Shown here piece by piece: positions 15,828-24,876 of a stretch of 64,000 nt of DNA. The DNA comes from Bacteroidaceae bacterium. GTDB taxonomy: Bacteria; Bacteroidota; Bacteroidia; Bacteroidales; Barnesiellaceae_A. Position 1 is the stretch's first letter, and each line of letters begins with the position of its first letter. The stretch spans positions 69,827 through 133,826 of the forward strand of contig JAFQRE010000042.1 of NCBI GenBank assembly GCA_017410245.1, in the 5' to 3' direction. The notes beneath the pieces were generated by a model. It saw nothing but the letters and a program-made list of their open reading frames with translations. It did not search any database and was not told where the DNA came from. A program made the position numbers and the translations under genes.

Positions 15828-18800
15828 ATGAGTGATTACACAACTAATGCGTCAGTAAATCTGACGATGAACGGCGAGCAACCTAAAAAGGTGCTCGAAG
15901 AACTGCGAAATCGCGCTTTCAATCTTGAAAACGCTATCGCTAAAGCAGCTAAGGCTGGTAACAAAATGGAACTCAATAAATTGCGTAAGGAACTGAAGAC
16001 TACGCAACGACAAATCCGTGAAATGGAGTCGGCCACTATGCAAGTGGAACGAGTGCTGAAGCAACTTGACAAGGCGACTCCTAAGGAACTGCAAAGAACA
16101 CTGAAAACCCTTGAAAAGCAACTCAACAACTTTGAAAGAGGCTCGGAGGCTTGGAAACGCCAAACGGAATACATCAAGCAAGTGAGGGCTGAGATTGACA
16201 AGGTAAACCGGGAACTGCGTAACGGTGAAACCTTTTGGGAAAGGTTCAACCGAAAGATGAACGATTGGCAAACTACGCTTGCAGCCGGTGCCGCAGCTGT
16301 TACCGGTGTGGTTATGGCCGGTCGCTCTGCCGTGAATGCCTATGCCGAAATGGACGCTGAAATGGCAAATGTCCGTAAGTTTACAGGTATGACTGCCGAA
16401 CAGGTGGCACTCCTGAACCAAGAGTTTCAAAAGATTGATACTCGTACTTCTCGCGAGGATCTTAATCGGCTCGCGCAAGAAGCCGGTCGCCTTGGTAAAA
16501 CCTCACAAGAAGATGTGCTTGGGTTCGTGAAAGCGGCCGACCAAATAAATGTGGCTCTCGATGACCTCGGCGATGGTGCGACGCTTACACTCTCTAAACT
16601 TACAAACATTTTCGGCGATGAAGCAAGACTCGGTACGGAACGCTCTTTGCTCGCTGTCGGCTCGGTTATCAATGAGCTGTCGCAGAACTGCACGGCGTCT
16701 GCTCCGTACCTCGCCCAGTTCTCGCAACGACTTGCCGGTGTGGGAGCGCAAGCTGGTATGACAATCCCACAACTTATGGCATTTGCAGCTGTGCTTGACT
16801 CGCAAGGTCAAGCAGTGGAAATGTCGGCTACGGCATTGTCAAAGCTTATTATGGACTTGTTTAAGGAAACGGACAAAATCGCACAAGCAACAGGTCTTGA
16901 CCTTGAAAAGTTCAAGGCTACTTTGGAAAGTTCCACTAACGAGGGACTTTTGATGTTGCTTGACCGACTGCATGAACTCGGTGGTATGGATGTCCTCGCT
17001 CCTGTATTTAAGGATATGGGTGAAGAGGGAGCAAGAGCATCGGCTGTTATCTCTGCTCTCGCCGGCAATGTCGATACTGTGCGTTGGCAACAAGAGAACG
17101 CTAACAAGGCTTTCCAAGAGGCCACTTCAGTAACGAAAGAGTTCAATGTGCAGAACAATACGGTGCAAGCAGGGCTTGACAAGGCTCGCAAGAGATTGAC
17201 TGAACTTGCCGTTGAACTCGGCGAGAAACTTGCTCCTGTAATGAAGCATGTTATTTCGTCAACAACACTCATTCTTAAAGTAATGAGTTCGCTAATCACC
17301 TTTATCGGCAAATATAAAGGTGAAATAATCGTGGTTACGGCTTCAATCGTTGCATACACTATTGCAGTGAATGCAGCTGCTATCAAGACTAAGATTTTCG
17401 CAGTGGCTCAAGGTGTCGCAAAGGTGGCTATGGTGGCATGGCGTGCAGTGACTCTGCTCGCTGCCGCAACAACGGCTCTATTTTCGGGAAATATCACTCG
17501 TGCCACTATTGCGTTCAAGGCTTTCTCTGCCACGCTCAAACTTTCGCCTATCGGTTTGCTTGTAGGCTCTATTACGGCTATCGTTGCCGGACTTGCTTTG
17601 TGGATTACTCGCACAAAACAACTTACTCTTGCTCAAAAACAATTGGCTGACATAGAGAAAAAGGCTCACGAAAGTTCGCTCGAAGAATTGACTACGCTTA
17701 AATTGCTCTATGAGGCTTCACAAGACCAAAAGCGTAGTTTGGAAGAGAGAACTTCTGCTGTGCAGAAACTCCAAGAGAAATATCCCGACTACTTCGGAAA
17801 TCTCTCTACTGAAGCAATCCTCGCCGGTAATGCAGCCGATGAGTATGATCGTCTGACGACAAGCATTCTCAATTCGGCTCGTGCTAAGGCTCGTCAAGAA
17901 CAACTTGTATCGAATGAACAAGAAATTCTTAAACTTGAACAAGAGCGTGACAACATGGTCAATGCAGCTCTTGATGATATGGTTTTGAACTCGCAAGATA
18001 GCCGATTTTATGGCAATACTCGCCAAAACAAGTTGATGTTGCTCGATTGGATGTCGCTTGAGGGAAAGCCTGAATATCTTATCACTAAACGATACATCGA
18101 CCAGGTACGAGAGGACTATAATGACAAAATCGCTCAGTATCGCAGTGCTAACGATACGTTGTCTAAACAAGTTGCTGACGATTTAGTCAAGAATGAGAAT
18201 AGTGGTTCGGGTGGTGGAAATACCAAGAAATGCCCCAAATGTGGCAAACTCCCTTGTGTATGTTTCAAAGGGGGCAATGGTGGAGATACCAACACTGAAA
18301 CTGAAGACCGATTCAAGGCTGAAAAGGAGTGGCGTGAGCGTGAAGAGGCTCTGAATCGCATCGCATACGCTAAAGGTGAAAAGTCGTACATCGACTACAC
18401 CAAGCGAATGAACGAAATCGAAGTGGACTATTACAAGAAACTGAAAGACCACAAAGAGGCAACAGCTAATGAGCAGTTGCAGTTTGAGGCACAATATTAC
18501 GAGGCTGTCAAGAAGCAAAATGACACTAACACTACTTTGACTCTTGAAGCTGAAAAGGATGCCTACAACAAGCGACTTGCTGAAGCGAAGCAGTTCTTCA
18601 TTGACGGACAATATTCTATTGATACCTACAACGAGGCTATCGCTCGTATTGAGGAAGAACATTTGCGTAATATGGTTACTCTCACAAAAGAGGGGACTAA
18701 GGAACGAATGGACGCTGAAAAGGCTCTCGCTGACTTCCAATATCAAGCAGCTCTCAAAAAACAACAGGAGTTGAAGAAGCAACAGGACGCTATAAAAAAA

Positions 18801-19892
18801 TCGCAAGACGACCTCAAAAATGAGTATTTCGGGCTAAACGCTAATGAACGCAAGAACGCTTATGACAACGATCTTGCTAATCTGAAAATCGTATATGAGG
18901 CTGAACTTGCTGCAACGCAAGGCAATGCTGAAGAGAAACTTCGCATTGAGGAAGCATACCAACAAGCGAAACTCGCTCTGCAAAAGAAGTATGGTTTCCT
19001 TGCCGTAGAGGATAATCGCAATGCTCTTGAATTGGCTAACGCTGAACTTGCTGAATGGCTCGAATCGGAAGCCGGTAAGGCTGTGATGCAATCGTTCGAC
19101 ACTGTAATGTCGGGTATGGGTGCGATATTCTCACAAGTTTCATCTATCGTGCAGTCGGAATTGGAAATACAGACTGCTGCGATTGAAAAGCGTTACGACA
19201 AGGAAATATCTCTTGCTGAGGGTAATTCTTATAAGGTGGCGAAGCTCGAAAAGCAAAAGGAAAAAGAAATCGCTAAGGCGAAGAATGAGGCTAACAAGAA
19301 AATGTTTGCTATGCAAGTCATTCAAGCAATAGCACAGACCGCAACCAACGCTATAAATGCTTATGGTTCGGCAGCTGCTATTCCGGTGGTCGGTTTCGTT
19401 ATGGCTCCGATAGCGGCAGCTATGGCTGTCGCAGCCGGTGCGTTGCAGATTGCTGCTATCAAAAAGCAACAACAGGCATCGGAATCTCAAGGCTACGCTA
19501 AGGGTGGTTTCACTCCCAAAGGTGCTGTTGATGAAGAGGTGGGCGTGGTTCACGCAGGAGAATGGGTAGCTTCGCAAAAGTTGCTCGCAAACCCGGTGGC
19601 TCGTCCTCTTATCAATGCACTTGACTATGCTCAAAGAACTAACACTATCGGCTCACTCCGTTCTGTCGATGTGTCAAGGGCTGTCGCTCCTCAGTTGGTG
19701 GCTCAATCTGCACCTACTATCGTAGTGGAGCAGAATAGTGAGTACACCCACATCATGAAGCGTCTCGCTGAAAGGCTCGATGAACCTTTTGTTACTGTGA
19801 ACACCATTACAGGCGATAATGGTATCAAAAAGGCTCAGGACGAATACGACAAACTTATTAGAAACAAATCTCCTAAATCTAAACGAAAATGA
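15828..19892 (+). CDS. phage tail tape measure protein (1354 aa)
   Basis: Length, long coiled-coil stretches and central hydrophobic segments fit a tape measure. The core region MANVRKFTGMTAEQV...LGDGATLTLSKLTNIFG is typical of tape measure proteins. Confidence 0.9.
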   Translation: MSDYTTNASVNLTMNGEQPKKVLEELRNRAFNLENAIAKAAKAGNKMELNKLRKELKTTQRQIREMESATMQVERVLKQLDKATPKELQRTLKTLEKQLNNFERGSEAWKRQTEYIKQVRAEIDKVNRELRNGETFWERFNRKMNDWQTTLAAGAAAVTGVVMAGRSAVNAYAEMDAEMANVRKFTGMTAEQVALLNQEFQKIDTRTSREDLNRLAQEAGRLGKTSQEDVLGFVKAADQINVALDDLGDGATLTLSKLTNIFGDEARLGTERSLLAVGSVINELSQNCTASAPYLAQFSQRLAGVGAQAGMTIPQLMAFAAVLDSQGQAVEMSATALSKLIMDLFKETDKIAQATGLDLEKFKATLESSTNEGLLMLLDRLHELGGMDVLAPVFKDMGEEGARASAVISALAGNVDTVRWQQENANKAFQEATSVTKEFNVQNNTVQAGLDKARKRLTELAVELGEKLAPVMKHVISSTTLILKVMSSLITFIGKYKGEIIVVTASIVAYTIAVNAAAIKTKIFAVAQGVAKVAMVAWRAVTLLAAATTALFSGNITRATIAFKAFSATLKLSPIGLLVGSITAIVAGLALWITRTKQLTLAQKQLADIEKKAHESSLEELTTLKLLYEASQDQKRSLEERTSAVQKLQEKYPDYFGNLSTEAILAGNAADEYDRLTTSILNSARAKARQEQLVSNEQEILKLEQERDNMVNAALDDMVLNSQDSRFYGNTRQNKLMLLDWMSLEGKPEYLITKRYIDQVREDYNDKIAQYRSANDTLSKQVADDLVKNENSGSGGGNTKKCPKCGKLPCVCFKGGNGGDTNTETEDRFKAEKEWREREEALNRIAYAKGEKSYIDYTKRMNEIEVDYYKKLKDHKEATANEQLQFEAQYYEAVKKQNDTNTTLTLEAEKDAYNKRLAEAKQFFIDGQYSIDTYNEAIARIEEEHLRNMVTLTKEGTKERMDAEKALADFQYQAALKKQQELKKQQDAIKKSQDDLKNEYFGLNANERKNAYDNDLANLKIVYEAELAATQGNAEEKLRIEEAYQQAKLALQKKYGFLAVEDNRNALELANAELAEWLESEAGKAVMQSFDTVMSGMGAIFSQVSSIVQSELEIQTAAIEKRYDKEISLAEGNSYKVAKLEKQKEKEIAKAKNEANKKMFAMQVIQAIAQTATNAINAYGSAAAIPVVGFVMAPIAAAMAVAAGALQIAAIKKQQQASESQGYAKGGFTPKGAVDEEVGVVHAGEWVASQKLLANPVARPLINALDYAQRTNTIGSLRSVDVSRAVAPQLVAQSAPTIVVEQNSEYTHIMKRLAERLDEPFVTVNTITGDNGIKKAQDEYDKLIRNKSPKSKRK

Positions 19893-21667
19893 AAATCATT
19901 ATCAACGGCAAAGATGCTGTATTAAAGAAAGGTACTTCCTTTGAGTTCGTGGCTGAAAATCGCTCTTTCACAGGTTCGGACAGCTATACGCTCTCCATTA
20001 CGTTCCCTTTACGTGGTTGCCCCGAAAATATTGCTATCTTCGGCTACATAAATCGTACCGACATAGACAAATCAAAGGTTGTCTTTGATTGCGAAATCTC
20101 TGACATCAATTTCTATTCTGCCGGTACTATCACGATTGTAGAGATTAACGAAAAGGAAGTGAAAACGCAATTTCTTGAAGGTCGCTCGGAGCAGAACTTC
20201 GACGACACTTTTGATGATATTTACATCAACGAACTCGATTTAGGAAGTTATCCACTTTCGACTCTTCCAAATGAACCGGCGTCGCAATGGCAAGGACTAT
20301 ACTATGGTCAAGAGGCTGTCGCTCTGCCGTGGGTAAATAATTCTTCGGGAAATATTCAAAACGAAGTGGTGTACTCTAATGGTAAATACTCTTATCACGA
20401 GGATTGCCGTGGTTTGTCGTTCCAACCTTACTTAATTGTTCTCGTCAAGCGTATTTGCTCGGCTCTTGGCTATTCTTGCGATGTATCGCAATGGAACAGC
20501 CGTGAGGATTTGCGTTATCTCTTAATCTGCAATACTCTGCCGTATGCGTGGAATATTCCTCAATTTGCTCGTGCTTTGCCTCATTGGAGCGTAACGGAGT
20601 TCTTTGAGAAACTTGAATACTTCATCGGTGGCGAGTTCGACATCGACCACAGGGCAAAGTCAGTCAAGTTCTCTTTTATATCCAATGTGCTTGCTTCAGC
20701 TAAGCCGGTACTTATTGATAAGATTATTGACTCTTATTCTGCCGAAGTGACTACTGACGATGAAAGTAATTATATCGAATCAGCTAACCTTAAATACAAA
20801 GAGTGTGAGCATAATATGTGGAAGTTCTATTCTTGCCCTTGGTTTGTCAAAGATACTCTCGCCAATCGTGTTGAATATGATACACTCGATGCTCTTATCG
20901 CTGCGAATAAAGGTTATGCTCGTGTGCGTAGATATGGGCGTGGAGATAGAATCCACAAGGTGCTATATGCTAAAGATGTGGATATGAACTTTGTGATAAG
21001 ATGTATTCGTAACGAATATGTCGAAACTAATTCTTTGGGATATGATATTTACGACCGCATTTGTGTTCTCCAACCTGTAAATGTTTTCGGTAGTAAATAT
21101 GACAATGACGAGTTAGAAAATACTATCGAACTCGATTTTGTGCCTGCGTGGATTGACGAAACTGAGGAAAGTAAAGGAAACTGTTTGTTCCTTGATATTG
21201 AAAGCTATGATGAAGACGAATCGACTGACGCAACTCGATCCTCAGAGAGCGATAGCGATGAAGTGGTTATATATCAACCTCTGGCTATGCAACAACTCGC
21301 TAACGGAGAAAAGGAAGAAAAATCTGAATACTTCGATAAGATTTACATTGCCTTTTGGGACGGTGCGAACAACAATCCCGGTAAACTGCCGTGTCCTACA
21401 ATCGATTGGGTTACCATTCGTGAGAATTGGACTTATTTTATCACTCATTTCTCTATGCGTTTTTCAAAAGGTGTTATGGCTCAAGCGAAGTATAAAATAA
21501 ATCCTAAACAGAAATATCAGTTTTCGTTTATTGCTGACACTATTCCGAATGTGCGTTCTCTTTTCTATATCAATGGCAAGAAATACCTCTGCGAAAAAAT
21601 AACTGCAACATTCACAGAAAACGGAATGTCGCAGTTACTCAAAGGAACTTTCTACCTTGTGATTTAG
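19889..21667 (+). CDS. phage tail protein downstream of TMP (distal tail / baseplate position, 592 aa)
   Basis: ATGA overlap with the TMP stop. The assignment is positional only. Confidence 0.5.
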   Translation: MKIIINGKDAVLKKGTSFEFVAENRSFTGSDSYTLSITFPLRGCPENIAIFGYINRTDIDKSKVVFDCEISDINFYSAGTITIVEINEKEVKTQFLEGRSEQNFDDTFDDIYINELDLGSYPLSTLPNEPASQWQGLYYGQEAVALPWVNNSSGNIQNEVVYSNGKYSYHEDCRGLSFQPYLIVLVKRICSALGYSCDVSQWNSREDLRYLLICNTLPYAWNIPQFARALPHWSVTEFFEKLEYFIGGEFDIDHRAKSVKFSFISNVLASAKPVLIDKIIDSYSAEVTTDDESNYIESANLKYKECEHNMWKFYSCPWFVKDTLANRVEYDTLDALIAANKGYARVRRYGRGDRIHKVLYAKDVDMNFVIRCIRNEYVETNSLGYDIYDRICVLQPVNVFGSKYDNDELENTIELDFVPAWIDETEESKGNCLFLDIESYDEDESTDATRSSESDSDEVVIYQPLAMQQLANGEKEEKSEYFDKIYIAFWDGANNNPGKLPCPTIDWVTIRENWTYFITHFSMRFSKGVMAQAKYKINPKQKYQFSFIADTIPNVRSLFYINGKKYLCEKITATFTENGMSQLLKGTFYLVI

Positions 21668-22875
21668 GTTTTATCATATAATACATAGTCTAACACCTTA
21701 CGATTGGCTTCATCTACCTTTCGCATATCAAATTCGATATAGATGTCTGTTACTGTGTTACCACCATGACCTAATGCAGCTGCTATGGTATCTTTGGGAA
21801 TATCCAAGTAGGCTGCTAAGGTTGCCCATGAATGTCGTGCCCAATAACTTGTGAGTTCTTTTATAGTTACTCCGTCATCTATATCGTTTAATCGCTGTTT
21901 AATCGCTTTCAATCCATTGCACATATTCATATAAAATGAACGGTAATTTTTGTAAGTATCAAGATAGTTGAGTAAATGCTTTTCTCCACTATACTTCTGA
22001 ATTATTTCGTTCGCTTCGGTCTCTACCTTTATAGAGTATGGCTTATGTGTTTTGGCTCGTATGTATTCAACACGACCATTTTCATAAGTTTGCAAATTGC
22101 AAAGGTCAATTACATTTATTCCAATAAGCATAAAAGTCAATTTGAAGAAGTCTCGGTATTTTACTTGCCAAGGCTCTAATCCTTCGGCATTGAAAATTTT
22201 ACGAATGGCTTCTACCGACAAGTTGCGTTTTCTTGTAGGCTCAGGCTTTATCTTGAATCGACGAAATGGGTAGTTGGTCGTAATCTCATTATCAATTGCA
22301 TCATTGAAGACTGCTCGAATGTTGCGAAGATGAATGTTTCTTGCATTTGCCGACGGTGCTGTCATGGCCAGAAAATCATCAAAGTTCTGCAACCATTCTT
22401 TGTTTATATCCTCAAAAGTCAAACTCTTAAATTTCTTGCCAAGAAAGTTTACCAATCGTTTATATGTCGCCATATAAATCTCTTGTGTTCGTTTGGTTTT
22501 GTGGTTTGCAAAACGAAGAAAGCACTGCTCAAAGGTGTTCTCATTTGCTCTCGCTTGTGCGATTTCAGGATTTAACAAACACACTAATTTATCACGCAAC
22601 TGAACCGCTGTTAAATGAGTGATGTTTTCATTACAACTTAGTCTTAACAAAGCTGCTTCATATTCAGACTTTCTCATTGTTAGAAGCGAATTTACCGCTG
22701 TAATATTGTCATGAGTTCTTACCCGGTTTTTCTTTGAATCCCATTGTTCAGGCGTCAAATGAACATTTAACGGAACATAAGCAGTACTACGATTGTGAGT
22801 AACCGCTAACTTGAGTGGCGAAGGTTTTTCTCCTTTCGATGACCTTGTGTCAAGGTAAAATTTAATTTTTGCCAT
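21664..22875 (-). CDS. tyrosine integrase (Bacteroidota phage/ICE type)
   Basis: The likely start is MAKIKFYLDTRSSKGEKPSPL (the listed ORF starts 21 nt upstream). The C-terminal motifs are YWARHSWAT and LGHGGNTVTDIYI. Confidence 0.85.
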   Translation of the reverse strand: MAKIKFYLDTRSSKGEKPSPLKLAVTHNRSTAYVPLNVHLTPEQWDSKKNRVRTHDNITAVNSLLTMRKSEYEAALLRLSCNENITHLTAVQLRDKLVCLLNPEIAQARANENTFEQCFLRFANHKTKRTQEIYMATYKRLVNFLGKKFKSLTFEDINKEWLQNFDDFLAMTAPSANARNIHLRNIRAVFNDAIDNEITTNYPFRRFKIKPEPTRKRNLSVEAIRKIFNAEGLEPWQVKYRDFFKLTFMLIGINVIDLCNLQTYENGRVEYIRAKTHKPYSIKVETEANEIIQKYSGEKHLLNYLDTYKNYRSFYMNMCNGLKAIKQRLNDIDDGVTIKELTSYWARHSWATLAAYLDIPKDTIAAALGHGGNTVTDIYIEFDMRKVDEANRKVLDYVLYDKT

Positions 22876-23087
22876 AGGTAAAAAGTCGGTCACCATGAAG
22901 TCCTATCAAAACTTGCATGCATTTTAACTACCCTAAAAAAGCTAATTGTCTAAGGTTTAGATTATTGCTCTTTTTTTCTTGCACGCATTTTGCGCACTTT
23001 TTTTCGGCAATTATCTGCAAAAGTCGTCAAAAATCGTCAATTATGACCTTTTTTTTAACCTATTCCGAGTGTGTTTTTGGGAAAAAT

Positions 23088-23129
23088 AAACGGCTGAAAA
23101 TCTTGTGTTTTGTTAATTTTCAGCCGTTT
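23088..23129 (-). terminator. hairpin terminator downstream of tRNA-Ser
   Basis: AAACGGCTGAAAAT pairs with ATTTTCAGCCGTTT. On the minus strand it is followed by ATTTTT. Confidence 0.6.
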
Positions 23130-23135
23130 AAGAAG

Positions 23136-23223
23136 CGGAGTGAGGGGGATTCGAACCCCCGAGCCGCTTGTGACGACTACACGCTTTCCAGGCGTGCCTC
23201 TTCAACCACTCGAGCATCACTCC
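23136..23223 (-). tRNA. tRNA-Ser (anticodon GGA)
   Basis: The reverse complement folds by hand: acceptor GGAGTGA/TCACTCC, anticodon arm CACGC-CTGGAAA-GCGTG, a long variable arm, and T arm GGGGG-TTCGAAT-CCCCC. 88 nt, no encoded CCA. Confidence 0.9.
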
Positions 23224-23448
23224 TTTGCTGGGTGTATAGGCTTTTGTGCCTATTACGCTTGGTCTGTGCAAAGATAGTTATTTTTTTGTAAAAATGAGAT
23301 TTGAGTTTGCATTTAGCTGTTTATTATTAATTATGTTGTATTTGCTATATTAATGTTTTTTAACCAATTCTAATTGGCTTTATGCTATACTCAATATACC
23401 TTTGTAAAAAACTGTAATATTTATTAATCACAATAACTAAAATTTGTT

Positions 23449-24789
23449 ATGATGAAATTCTACACAAAATTCTTCACAACAGTTGTACTGTTGCTGACAC
23501 TTTCTTTTTCGACAGTAGTATCAGCTCAACAATGGGAGCAGATACAAGAACTTCCGGCTGCACAAAACATCTTTGTGGCAAAGAATGGAAATCTTATATC
23601 TTCCGATTTTCATTTCGACTACATTGGAGGTATCTATTATTCGCAAGATGGCGGATTGAATTGGACTAAGGCCGATGTAGAAGACTATGCTTACAATCGT
23701 ATGATTCAAGCCGGTGATTATATTATTGCTGCCGGTGAGGGTTGCAATTTGGCTCGTTCGGCCGATAATGGTATTACTTGGGAGGTGCTCAACTATGGTT
23801 ATATGTATAGTGAGTATCTTACTGAAGATGCTATTCAATATAATGTGTGCTATGCTATTATATATTACAAGAATAAACTTTTCCTCGCTGACTTTGGTGG
23901 CGGTGGTGTCATCTATAGCGAGGACTTTGGTGAAACTTGGACTATGACCGATCGTGAGTCGCTCAAGTACTATATTGATGGTGTTGCGATGACTCGTGCT
24001 AAGGATGATGGTATGGCTATCGATAGTTTCTATAACATGGCCGAAAACAACAATGAGTTGCTTTTGTTTGGTGTTTACTTTGTTTATCGTCTTAACGAAA
24101 CAGATTATACATGGGAGTTGTTGCGTAACGATAGCAACTTCATGGGTGTTTCTACAACTGTCAATAACAGACTATTCTGTGGTCGTGCTATTATGAACTA
24201 TAATGCCAATACTCCTTTCCTCGAATACACCGAGGACGGTGGTCGCACATGGGGTCATGTGGGTCATGCCGATACTATTTCGTACGACACCAATGTACGT
24301 GCTATGCATAGTGACGAAAAAGGCATGTATGTGGCCTTGCAACAAGGTGGTTTCTACTATACTACCGATATGGGCGAGACTTGGATGAATATTTCTGATG
24401 GTATTCCTTATAATATCAATAACAATGATGGTAGCAAGATGTATTATTCACCTCTCATTGTAGACTCGGACGATGAGTATATCTATACGGCTATTTATGA
24501 TCTTCCCTGGGCTGGAACATCGGTGAGTGGTATATATCGTTACAAAAAATCGGATCTTCCCGTAGCTTCGGTTGATAGGACTCTGAATGATATAGCTGTA
24601 TATATTTCTAATAGTACTATTTATACTGCCGAGGTTGCCGATATAGCTATATATAGTATCAACGGTACTTTGGTAAGTAACACAACTTCTGCTATCGAGG
24701 CCGACCTCAGTTCTTTGGCTCGTGGTGTGTATATTTATCAGGTTACCTGCAACAATGCTACCGTAACCGGTAAGTTTATCAAACGTTGA
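23449..24789 (+). CDS. BNR/Asp-box repeat beta-propeller protein with T9SS C-terminal sorting domain
   Basis: Signal peptide, then five SxDxGxTW-like boxes (SQDGGLNWT, SADNGITWE, SEDFGETWT, TEDGGRTWG, TTDMGETWM). The C-terminus GVYIYQVTCNNATVTGKFIKR is typical of a T9SS CTD. A -7 box TACCTTTG is at 23397. Confidence 0.75.
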   Translation: MMKFYTKFFTTVVLLLTLSFSTVVSAQQWEQIQELPAAQNIFVAKNGNLISSDFHFDYIGGIYYSQDGGLNWTKADVEDYAYNRMIQAGDYIIAAGEGCNLARSADNGITWEVLNYGYMYSEYLTEDAIQYNVCYAIIYYKNKLFLADFGGGGVIYSEDFGETWTMTDRESLKYYIDGVAMTRAKDDGMAIDSFYNMAENNNELLLFGVYFVYRLNETDYTWELLRNDSNFMGVSTTVNNRLFCGRAIMNYNANTPFLEYTEDGGRTWGHVGHADTISYDTNVRAMHSDEKGMYVALQQGGFYYTTDMGETWMNISDGIPYNINNNDGSKMYYSPLIVDSDDEYIYTAIYDLPWAGTSVSGIYRYKKSDLPVASVDRTLNDIAVYISNSTIYTAEVADIAIYSINGTLVSNTTSAIEADLSSLARGVYIYQVTCNNATVTGKFIKR

Positions 24790-24876
24790 TAGTATTTGAT
24801 TGAAAATAAATAAAGGCAGATGTGACAAATAGTGCATGTCTGCCTTCTTTCAGTAATATATAAAACCGATAGTAAA

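Larger units (their letters stand above)
4462..22896. mobile_element. phage-like integrated element (defective prophage, satellite or other); boundaries uncertain
   Basis: A co-directional, tightly packed + strand module with ATGA/TAATG gene junctions. It contains a portal-like ORF, a lysis cassette, a tape measure and a terminal integrase next to tRNA-Ser. No att direct repeat was found by eye. Confidence 0.6.

Noticed and set aside
15836-17386. Several 130-210-aa minus-strand ORFs inside the tape measure gene
   Set aside because: They are Ser/Leu/Cys-rich antisense shadows of a coiled-coil coding region. The + strand TMP frame is continuous for 1354 aa.
22897-23223. tRNA-Ser 3' end as the attachment site of the phage-like element
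   Set aside because: The tRNA is full length. Its own hairpin terminator (23088-23129) lies between it and the integrase. I found no copy of the tRNA 3' segment near 4462-7335. Adjacency remains suggestive, but the att core is unidentified.
22917-23291. 124-aa + strand ORF
   Set aside because: It overlaps tRNA-Ser and its terminator on the opposite strand. Low-complexity artefact.
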